A stretch of 64,000 nucleotides of DNA, taken from Giardia intestinalis (lineage: Eukaryota). Under the pieces are notes generated by a model. The model made no database searches and was not told the origin of the DNA. It was given only the letters and a program-made list of their open reading frames with translations. The position numbers were made by a program, and so were the translations under genes. Below, in pieces: positions 9,855-17,618 of the stretch. The stretch's first letter is position 1. Each line of letters opens with the position of its first letter. Location of the stretch: the NCBI GenBank assembly GCA_000002435.2, contig CM018791.1. One strand, 5' to 3'.

Positions 9855-10895
9855 ATGTTCTGGATTCTCCTCATCGCTGCTACGCTCTCAGACCTCATCC
9901 AATATTCATACGCTGACCTAGACCGTCTTCCAGACAATGCAATTGCTGTCATCCACGACTCTTTCTTTACCAAGCGCGAAGCCCAGCTTGATATTGAAAG
10001 AATTGCAGAGGCATTTGGAACTGTTTATGTGATGGATAAGCAAAGCAAGCACAATCTCGAAAGCTTTCTTGAGAGAAAAGACGGCAAGCCCCTGTACGAA
10101 CCCATCCTGTTATATAGGAATGACGCCGCAGGCGGGATCGAACCCATGGACGATCAGTTCTCCTATGCTAATGCATTAGATTTTGTCATTCTTAAATCAA
10201 CGACCCCAGATCCGGATCTTTTGTTACCTTTCATTTCAACAACGGACATAGAGGAGAAGGCCAGAGAAATCGACAGGCTCCAAGGCAACATAACCAGAAG
10301 GCACATTAAGCTCGTTAAGGAGGGGAAGATGTCTGAAGAGCACATTGCATTGTTTACACCGCCGCAACTTTTCTTCTTTGAAGGCAGCGACTGCGAACCG
10401 TGCGCTGTTCTCAAGTATCAGTACATGCAGTATGTCACCAGAAACTCTAAGAACGTGGTGGGGTACCTGGTGAACTGCGACACCCATGCGGACTTCTGCA
10501 GGGCCCGCAACATCACGGGGATTCCCGCTCTGCGGATGTATGCAAAGAAGCAATGGTTTGCGTACAAGCCTAGTATGGATACAGGATACTCGATTGATCG
10601 CTTCGTTAAAGACAATGCAGTTAAAGAAGAGGACATAGCCTATGCTCGGGAGGTCTTCAATGTCTCAGCCACCGTCAAAGCAGACACTAAGGACGAGACT
10701 AATGAAACCAGAAGCACATCCGGAGAGGAAGTGAAAGAGGAGGAGCCACAAAGTACGAAAGTACAGAGGAAGAAGCGTCCCATACCAGTGTACCGCAATA
10801 TTACAGACGTGGGCGGAGATGACCTACGTCGCAGTCTACAAAAGGCCAAGACTGCAAGGGAAACACTCAAGGACGATCTTAAAAGAGAGCTGTAA
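9855..10895 (+). CDS. Thioredoxin-fold protein with a signal peptide, a non-canonical CEPC active site and a C-terminal KREL; a probable ER-resident PDI-like oxidoreductase
   Basis: The N-terminus MFWILLIAATLSDLIQYSYA is hydrophobic, like a signal peptide. The stretch FFEGSDCEPCAVLKYQYMQYV...VVGYLVNCDTHADFCRARNITGIPALRMYAKKQWFAY aligns with the PDI a-domain pattern (FYAPWCGHCK...VDCT...LC..Y.V.G.PTL..F). The C-terminus ends in KREL, which resembles an ER-retrieval signal. Confidence 0.65.
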   Translation: MFWILLIAATLSDLIQYSYADLDRLPDNAIAVIHDSFFTKREAQLDIERIAEAFGTVYVMDKQSKHNLESFLERKDGKPLYEPILLYRNDAAGGIEPMDDQFSYANALDFVILKSTTPDPDLLLPFISTTDIEEKAREIDRLQGNITRRHIKLVKEGKMSEEHIALFTPPQLFFFEGSDCEPCAVLKYQYMQYVTRNSKNVVGYLVNCDTHADFCRARNITGIPALRMYAKKQWFAYKPSMDTGYSIDRFVKDNAVKEEDIAYAREVFNVSATVKADTKDETNETRSTSGEEVKEEEPQSTKVQRKKRPIPVYRNITDVGGDDLRRSLQKAKTARETLKDDLKREL

Positions 10896-10962
10896 AGGTT
10901 CGCGGGGTGACCTAGTAGATAGTAAGCTAGGCGGACCTCCCGCTCGCACTAATTAGCGATAG

Positions 10963-11481
10963 TTAACTAGACTTATTAAACACATTGTTATAGCAAGCTA
11001 AGAGCCCAATATACCATAATCTGAAAAAGGCAGGTGGCTGGGTTTGCACTCGGACCTCACGTGGGGATCTATCTGCTATCAGTGCGCGGGGTGTTAGGCA
11101 TTGTATGTTATCAATTCCCTTGATGTCTTCCTCATCCTCCAGGCCAGACGGGAGGTCGCTTTTGTGTACACTCACCTGATTGTTTGTCTGCGTCTCGATT
11201 GACGAAAATGACGAAGCAGGGTTTGCATCCACAAGTTCATAGCAAAGCTCCAGACATGGCTCGATGCGGAGCTCAAGCGGAGAAATGAAGAGGCTATCTT
11301 CCGAGGAGGGCAGTATCGGGAAGCCAACGTTGTTATATCCGTAGGAGTAGTACAGGTCGCTCTCCACCGCTGTAAATCGCGTCACACACTGTCTATTCTT
11401 TTTCTTGAGTCTCAGTTCTCTGCATTCATTAAGCATAACACTCTGCGTCTCGTTGGGTGTGTCAGCATTTTCTGACGGCAT
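10963..11481 (-). CDS. Hypothetical small protein, 172 aa
   Basis: The ATG at 11479-11481 is preceded on its own strand by AAAATTAAATG, a strong Giardia-type initiator. No domain was recognised. Confidence 0.4.
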   Translation of the reverse strand: MPSENADTPNETQSVMLNECRELRLKKKNRQCVTRFTAVESDLYYSYGYNNVGFPILPSSEDSLFISPLELRIEPCLELCYELVDANPASSFSSIETQTNNQVSVHKSDLPSGLEDEEDIKGIDNIQCLTPRALIADRSPREVRVQTQPPAFFRLWYIGLLACYNNVFNKSS

Positions 11482-11495
11482 TTAATTTTAGGCCC
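11482..11495. promoter_or_regulatory. 14-bp bidirectional AT-rich initiator (TTAATTTTAGGCCC) between the divergent ATGs at 11481 on the minus strand and 11496 on the plus strand
   Basis: It is visible once the plus-strand ORF's start is moved from the track's GTG to the first ATG. Its composition is the same as the element at 9839-9854. Confidence 0.45.
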
Positions 11496-13604
11496 ATGCA
11501 AAGTGGCAATTATACATATCTTGCTTTATTGCACAAGACAGAGCATGAAACGGCGGTTCTTGCGCAGCAACAGCTAGATAACGAGCATGTCAGGCTCATA
11601 AGATTGATCCCTTTCAGTGAAGAGATACTTTTGACTATGAAGCTGCTTGCGGAGCTGAAACAGCAAGACAGCATTCGTACCTATCAGACTATCTCTACGC
11701 TTGAGGGTAATGGGCTCATACGCACAACAGAGGAGTTTTTGAAGGAAGTTCCTCTATGTGAGCGAATACTCCCTTATATCTTACGTGAAGAGTCTATGCA
11801 TGCAGAAGATGTTAAGCAATTGGCTCGGGGAATTGCTGATGCCTTAACTAGATGCTGGGAGCAACTGTCTAAGCTGATTGTCGACAAGTCCAAATTGTCT
11901 TGTGTCCTGTTATCGTCACTGACTCTACACAACGTAACTATCGCACCCTCAACTAGTGATGGGGTCCCTACCGTTCGCTGTGTCCTAAAAGCGCCGGGCC
12001 TTTATTGCACACAAGTAGAAGATACCACAGCAGCACCAGCACTCATTTCTACCAGGTTTGGCAGGCTATTGTATTGTTTACTAACTACATCGGTATGCGA
12101 TTCTCTGCCAACAGAAGCGATGGTAGAGTCCTTAAAGTTGTGTATGAAGGGAACAGATCCTCTGTGGCAGAACCTTGCCAATCTTGCCATCGAATGTCTC
12201 ACCAGATCAGACATGCAGGTCTCAGAAATATGGCATCGCCTGCATGCGAGCCATGATGTCGTTGATCATCCTATAAGCACACTAGCCTCTAATTCACCTT
12301 CCTTCATGCTCTCTCCTCCCCTATCTCCACAGAGATCACCTTCACCGTTACCCCTTTCTCTTTCTGAACTACTCTTGGACAGGCAACAACACTATACGCC
12401 ACTTATGATCGCTATCATTTCCAATCAGCTACATACAGCACGAATAGTGTATAAAGACTTTCTGCACAAGCGAGATGCCCATAGAAACACAGCACTAATT
12501 CTGGCTGTGCTGTGCAATAACATACCTTTGGTTGAATTGCTAGCAGAGCATGAGCACGGCTGCACCAATTCAAATGGTGATACCGCACTACTAGTAGCCA
12601 TCACAAATGGGTTCTATGAATGCTGTCTCCCTCTTTTCCAATACGAGCTCTCAATACCGAATGACATCTCAGGGATTCTGCCACGACAAATGGCTTTTGA
12701 GGCCTGCCAATATTCTATTCTCGATGCTATTATCGCCTTTCAAGGGGTTCCTCGGGATTCAGAGGGATGCACTGCATTGATGCGAGCTGCTATGGATGGA
12801 TATCCGGTTGATGACTTAGTCGACAAGGAATTTGGGTGCACACATGACGCATCCAATGGGTACACAGCGCTGATGTTTGCTATCATCAATGGGAACAATG
12901 ATGCATGCAGAAAGCTAGCAAGATACGAGGCGCTGATTAAAGATAGCACCGGTAAGTCTCCATTAGAGCTCGCAATCCTATCGCATCAAGCAGCGTGTGC
13001 TCTTACACTTCTCCAGAGTAGTCAGAATCCGCTGTTTGATACCGGTGTTAACGCTGATTTGGTAGCTGCAATAACTGCTGAGCAGTGGGGCGTCGCCGAG
13101 AAGCTTTTAAGACAGCTGATTGGCAAACGATTGGTGTCAAGAGGTTCAAAGCGTCGTCAATCTCAACAGAAGAATACTGTTTGTAACATAATCGAGATAG
13201 ATGGTGAAGGCAATACAGAGCTCATGAGATACTTTGCTACAGAGCTTATTACTAACATCGAAAGTAGGAGGAGTTACTGGCAAGCACTAATCCCCACTCA
13301 AGCAGGACATGTGAATAAGGCAGGAGAGACTGCTCTTCACATTGCAATTCGGAGGGGACTCGTGTCGGCTATTTCGCTGCTTGTTCCCTACGAGATGCAC
13401 ATTAGAGACAAATACGGATGTCTTCCACTTAGACAGGCTGTCAGCCTCCGTAACGAAAGTGCCGTCACAGCCATTTTGGATACCTTGCACCTTTTTCGAG
13501 ACACAAATCAACGACTGCACATCATCAAACTTCTAGAGCACAGGGACTGGGAAGCGCTAACATGCTTCTTTGAAGACTTTCCAGATACCAGCGCTCTCCT
13601 CTAA
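11496..13604 (+). CDS. Ankyrin-repeat protein of the Giardia 'Protein 21.1' family
   Basis: It carries repeated G-x-TAL(M/L)-x-A ankyrin signatures: GDTALLVAITNG, GCTALMRAAMDG, GYTALMFAIINGNND and GETALHIAIRRG. The track starts the ORF at a GTG at 11457. The first ATG, at 11496, gives MQSGNYTYL.... Confidence 0.8.
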   Translation: MQSGNYTYLALLHKTEHETAVLAQQQLDNEHVRLIRLIPFSEEILLTMKLLAELKQQDSIRTYQTISTLEGNGLIRTTEEFLKEVPLCERILPYILREESMHAEDVKQLARGIADALTRCWEQLSKLIVDKSKLSCVLLSSLTLHNVTIAPSTSDGVPTVRCVLKAPGLYCTQVEDTTAAPALISTRFGRLLYCLLTTSVCDSLPTEAMVESLKLCMKGTDPLWQNLANLAIECLTRSDMQVSEIWHRLHASHDVVDHPISTLASNSPSFMLSPPLSPQRSPSPLPLSLSELLLDRQQHYTPLMIAIISNQLHTARIVYKDFLHKRDAHRNTALILAVLCNNIPLVELLAEHEHGCTNSNGDTALLVAITNGFYECCLPLFQYELSIPNDISGILPRQMAFEACQYSILDAIIAFQGVPRDSEGCTALMRAAMDGYPVDDLVDKEFGCTHDASNGYTALMFAIINGNNDACRKLARYEALIKDSTGKSPLELAILSHQAACALTLLQSSQNPLFDTGVNADLVAAITAEQWGVAEKLLRQLIGKRLVSRGSKRRQSQQKNTVCNIIEIDGEGNTELMRYFATELITNIESRRSYWQALIPTQAGHVNKAGETALHIAIRRGLVSAISLLVPYEMHIRDKYGCLPLRQAVSLRNESAVTAILDTLHLFRDTNQRLHIIKLLEHRDWEALTCFFEDFPDTSALL

Positions 13605-13622
13605 CCAATCAATAACACCCAT

Positions 13623-14486
13623 TTACATACGACTCTGGACACGCTCGTCAGAGAGGAGGTCAGAGATCTGGGGCCTCTTATGGAGATCCGCTGAAAGCAT
13701 GCGACTCACCAGATCCACAACATCCGGACTGTATCCCAATAGCTGCAGTGGCATTTCAGTGGTTGTTATCTCTTTCAAAGCAAACTTCGGCGTTACAGCC
13801 TCGACATACTTCATACCTGTGCACATCTCATACAGAGTGCAGCCTATGCCCCAGACGTCGACACGTCCATCCCACGGCTTGTTCTCAATCGTTTCAGGCG
13901 CCATATAGGTAACATTTCTGTTCTTGGGTGTGCTATCAGGGGTCTCTGGAGGATTCAAGCCAGTCTCCTGCATCTCTACGCAATGACTGAACCCGGTGAG
14001 GACATAGTTGCCATCTTTATCAATTAGAACATTACTTGGTTGAATGTTTTTGTGAGCAATCGGCTTAAGAGTAGAGTTGTCCTTGGCATGAGATGAGTGC
14101 AGATATGCCACTGCCAAGATAAGACAGATTGCGCATCGCCAGACAGATTCTTCAGGAATAAACTGGCTGGCTTCCTTACACCTCTGGATATAGGTCAGAA
14201 GGTCACGGTCGCTATAGTAGCGCGTAATTTGAATCATGATGTGCTCTCCGTCGTCCATGGGGGACTTCATTGCATGGATAATATTGTGGTGTTTCAGCTC
14301 CAGTCCAATACGGCGAGCCAGTCTGAGGGATTGCCTCATCTCAGTGGAAATGTCAGCGAGCGATATACACTTTGCGACCACCTCTTCTCCGTCAGCCTTG
14401 TTGCGTACGAGATAAACATACGCATATGGCCCCGCATTGACTTGGCGGACCATTTCGTAGTTATGCGGTAAGATGTGCGCGGTCAT
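13623..14486 (-). CDS. NEK-like pseudokinase. The catalytic loop reads HKNIQPSN where HRDLKPxN is expected, and TGF replaces DFG.
   Basis: The kinase fold is recognisable from PYAYVYLV, VVAKCI, APETIENKPWDGRVDVWGIGCTLYEMCTG. The catalytic aspartate and the DFG aspartate are both substituted. Confidence 0.75.
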   Translation of the reverse strand: MTAHILPHNYEMVRQVNAGPYAYVYLVRNKADGEEVVAKCISLADISTEMRQSLRLARRIGLELKHHNIIHAMKSPMDDGEHIMIQITRYYSDRDLLTYIQRCKEASQFIPEESVWRCAICLILAVAYLHSSHAKDNSTLKPIAHKNIQPSNVLIDKDGNYVLTGFSHCVEMQETGLNPPETPDSTPKNRNVTYMAPETIENKPWDGRVDVWGIGCTLYEMCTGMKYVEAVTPKFALKEITTTEMPLQLLGYSPDVVDLVSRMLSADLHKRPQISDLLSDERVQSRM

Positions 14487-14531
14487 ACTCCCGATGATCT
14501 TTTTCAGCGCTCATTATAATTTCACTATAAC

Positions 14532-17483
14532 ATGGCATATTTAATTAAATGTTGCATCAAAGCTCTAAAAATGAAGCACAATTCTCCTTCTTGGGCGTTG
14601 AGCATCTTCGTAACCTGGGACAAGAACCGCGAGGCATGTCTGCAGGCGTTCAGCGATGAAGCTCTCAGCCGCATCGGCTCAAGTGATGTGTCTCAAGGGT
14701 ACCTGCTCTACCTCGAGAAGGTGAAGGACGTCTTCATTGAGCCATTCAGACTCAATGACAAGGTTACTAGCGTGCAACTGAAGGCTCTGCAGGAGTTTCC
14801 TCAGAGCGCATCTTCAAGCGGGCCGATCACAGTCCTGCAGGAGCCACGATTTGATATTTATGTCTCGAACTATCTTCAAAGCCTTGAATACACCCTGGAT
14901 CGCACATGCTTTAGCATTGATTCTTCTAAGATATGGCTCAAATACTACAAGGTCATTACAGCTCTAGCTGGCTGTCCTTGGAGGCACCAGAGCTCCTGCA
15001 TTGCTCTCCGAAAAGATCTGCTTCAGTGCATTTGTAAGCGGATCGTCTTGGATAATCCGACACTCTTCACTGACCTGTTCCAGGATAGGGTCTCGGCCGA
15101 ACTGGGACAGCCTCTGAGTGGCGTGGAGCTATACAACGCGTACAATAAGGTCTTGAGCATGGCCGTCAACTGTGAGCAGGTCCACGCTTCCTCGTTATAT
15201 TCTTTAACCGATATGTTTCGGGTCTTGTTGCATAGAGAGGACAAGGCACCGAGAAGTAGCAGAGTTCAAGGGAACCACCCTCTCGGTGTCTACCAAGCAT
15301 TTATCGCTTTATTCGACGAGACTACCAGCTTCTGCGCCACCAATGATATCTCAGACAGAATCACAGGCAGGTTTCTATACACACTGTACGAATCTGCTCT
15401 TTATTACCTAGGCAGGTTTCTTCCAGCCATCTACCTCGACATAGCTATCCGTATTTCTGGGCAGATTGTTTCCCCATCAATTATTCAGGAGCTATTCCAG
15501 CGTAGTGCGGCAGAGATTATCTTCGAGCGTCCAGTCCAAATCAAGAAGCCATTTGAAGACGCTGCAGACCTTGCGTGCAACATCCTGCAGCGCGGAGTCG
15601 CCATGCACCCAAAGGTAACCCTTTTGTATGTGAGTCTAATGGAGCTGTTGCGGCATCGCTCTTTAGAACACTATGGTTCGGCTGTCATTGCTCAGCTTTA
15701 CGACGAGTTGCTTCAGAAAGATGTGGACGCGTGTTGTGATATCACACAAGAAGCATTTGTGGCAACCAAATATATTCTTCGTTACACCCTTGAAACATCA
15801 GGTATTACTGCTATGATATCTCAGGTACAATTTATTTTGGAGCGCCAGATTGTTTTTAATACTGAGCTGTGGGACGCAGTGCTCTACATCATTTGCTCCT
15901 ACCTTGGGGATGCACAGGCTTTTTTGGCATTAACGTCGCATTATGATATACTAGGAATGCCGCTCATAGATTGCATCCTGAAAGATGTATATCGCTCAGT
16001 TTCACTTCTACAATTCCTTTGGCATACTGCGCACGCGTTTCTCAAGAAGGAGCTCCAGCTGGATTGCTATTTTAGAAGCCTGTGCAATGAGCACAATGTG
16101 TTCTCCTTCTGCTATCATGCCTTGAGTAGTAGCGATCTCTGTGATGCCAAAGGTTCGGTTGACGCCCTGCTCACTTCTCTAGTGACGCGCTTATCTGAGG
16201 GAGGACACGACAGCCCAGAGCGCAAGTCTTCCGTAGAGCTTGCCTATTCCTATAGTGTGATCACCTTGTTCCTTCTGTTACGTATTCATCTGGAGAAGCA
16301 CATCTTCAGCAGTGTTATGGATGACCTATCAAACTACAATGAGCAGGCCCAGCTATTAGAGGGCGTATTTGCGCCACTCGCGTACTGGAGCGGAGGTCAG
16401 CGGACAAAGTATACCGACCTTTCATCCTTCTGTCATCCGTCACCTCTTCTCCACTGCACATCAATACTGTCTCAGGACTTTGCCTTTTCATCTTGGGATG
16501 TCCATAATGCAATAGACCGTCTTCTTCTCTTCTTACGTGCTTCTCAGGATGGATTCAGCATTGTTGGTCTTCCGGCAACAGAGCCCCCGACGCCGGGCTC
16601 TCTCTTTTCTGATTCGTCCATGGCAACCCGGCTGAGTGGCTGCTCTCGACTTTGCATTCTTACCCGCGAGAGTGCAACGTCGTTCGTCGACGCTCGTTGC
16701 CTTGACCCTGCAAGCACTTATTTTTGCTTTGCGGCACTTTCACTTAGTGGCGCTACGGCGTCAGATACTGCGTTCAGGATGGCGGCCGGGCCTCAGGAGG
16801 GTGTTGTTGGCGCATTGGACTTTACACCCATTATTGCGCTGACAGCGGAGTCGCTCTCGGAGAGACCTGCAAATTTCATACTAAGCGGAGTCAACCCGGT
16901 GTTGGCAGACGCCGCATTGTTCCAGCAGCGATATCTGCCACTGTCTTCGCCATTTACTACGCCCGAGGTGTTTGGAATGAGCATCCGATCCATCAACGAC
17001 ATTGCGGTGCGTCCCGAGGCCCCACCGCCTGGAGTGCCTGCCAGACTTCTGTGTGGGGGCATCGCGAACCTTCAAGCGTACGATCGCCTTGTTAACAAAG
17101 ACACTGCTGAGCTCCAGCAGGAGGATCACGACGCAAGCCCCAAACAGAACACGCGGACTGTCCTGATTCATGGGCAAATTTCGCTCCCGGAGACCGTGGA
17201 GAAGAGGGTCGCCGCCGTCAGTAAGGCCGCTCTCCCGTTCACCACGCCTCTCGGGGTTGCGGCCTTCATCGAGAAGGTCTACGGGGAGAGCCCGACACAC
17301 CGGGTGCGGATCGACACGTGGAAGGTTCCTCTCCCAGACATCCGGTCTGTGTTCGACAAGGTCAAGCGGTACGACCCCGCGGGGGCGGTCCGAGAGGCGC
17401 CCCCGCACCTTCTCCAGCCGGTGGCGCAGCTGCCGACGAGCGAGCAGGCGGAGGCGGCCCTCGCCCTAGGCCCCACGGAGTAA
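14532..17483 (+). CDS. Hypothetical protein, 983 aa, with an extremely GC-rich 3' end
   Basis: This 2.95-kb ORF has an AT-rich 5' end. Its last roughly 100 codons are about 70% GC with strong GC3. It terminates in GAGTAAAC, where the stop is embedded in AGTAAAC. My own indexing places the initiating ATG one base earlier, at 14531, but I kept the track coordinates. Confidence 0.7.
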   Translation: MAYLIKCCIKALKMKHNSPSWALSIFVTWDKNREACLQAFSDEALSRIGSSDVSQGYLLYLEKVKDVFIEPFRLNDKVTSVQLKALQEFPQSASSSGPITVLQEPRFDIYVSNYLQSLEYTLDRTCFSIDSSKIWLKYYKVITALAGCPWRHQSSCIALRKDLLQCICKRIVLDNPTLFTDLFQDRVSAELGQPLSGVELYNAYNKVLSMAVNCEQVHASSLYSLTDMFRVLLHREDKAPRSSRVQGNHPLGVYQAFIALFDETTSFCATNDISDRITGRFLYTLYESALYYLGRFLPAIYLDIAIRISGQIVSPSIIQELFQRSAAEIIFERPVQIKKPFEDAADLACNILQRGVAMHPKVTLLYVSLMELLRHRSLEHYGSAVIAQLYDELLQKDVDACCDITQEAFVATKYILRYTLETSGITAMISQVQFILERQIVFNTELWDAVLYIICSYLGDAQAFLALTSHYDILGMPLIDCILKDVYRSVSLLQFLWHTAHAFLKKELQLDCYFRSLCNEHNVFSFCYHALSSSDLCDAKGSVDALLTSLVTRLSEGGHDSPERKSSVELAYSYSVITLFLLLRIHLEKHIFSSVMDDLSNYNEQAQLLEGVFAPLAYWSGGQRTKYTDLSSFCHPSPLLHCTSILSQDFAFSSWDVHNAIDRLLLFLRASQDGFSIVGLPATEPPTPGSLFSDSSMATRLSGCSRLCILTRESATSFVDARCLDPASTYFCFAALSLSGATASDTAFRMAAGPQEGVVGALDFTPIIALTAESLSERPANFILSGVNPVLADAALFQQRYLPLSSPFTTPEVFGMSIRSINDIAVRPEAPPPGVPARLLCGGIANLQAYDRLVNKDTAELQQEDHDASPKQNTRTVLIHGQISLPETVEKRVAAVSKAALPFTTPLGVAAFIEKVYGESPTHRVRIDTWKVPLPDIRSVFDKVKRYDPAGAVREAPPHLLQPVAQLPTSEQAEAALALGPTE

Positions 17484-17485
17484 AC
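17479..17485 (+). promoter_or_regulatory. AGTAAAC polyadenylation-signal motif overlapping the stop codon of the 983-aa gene
   Basis: The sequence GAGTAAACAAAC matches the Giardia consensus AGTRAAY. The same heptamer overlaps the stops of three other genes flanking the tRNAs. Confidence 0.55.
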
Positions 17486-17536
17486 AAACAGAAAGAAGAA
17501 ATATCACGTGCATGCTGCTGCCTGGCCCTGACGTGT

Positions 17537-17609
17537 GGCGTTGTAGCGCAGTGGTCCAGCGCATCGGGCTCATAACTCGAGGGTCGGAGGTTCGATCCCT
17601 CCCGACGCC
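17537..17609 (+). tRNA. tRNA-Met (anticodon CAT), elongator type
   Basis: I folded it by hand. The acceptor pairs GGCGTTG/CGACGCC. The D-arm is GCGC-AGTGGTCCA-GCGC, with the A-box TAGCGCAGTGG. The anticodon arm is TCGGG-CTCATAA-CTCGA, with anticodon CAT. The T-arm is GGAGG-TTCGATC-CCTCC, with the B-box GGTTCGATCC. The discriminator is A at 17610. No CCA is encoded. Confidence 0.9.
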
Positions 17610-17611
17610 AT

Positions 17612-17618
17612 GTTTACT
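17612..17618 (-). promoter_or_regulatory. AGTAAAC polyadenylation-signal motif (GTTTACT on the plus strand) overlapping the stop of the 492-aa gene, 2 nt from the tRNA-Met 3' end
   Basis: Plus-strand TGTTTACTCC is the reverse complement of GGAGTAAACA, with TAA as the stop codon. Confidence 0.55.
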
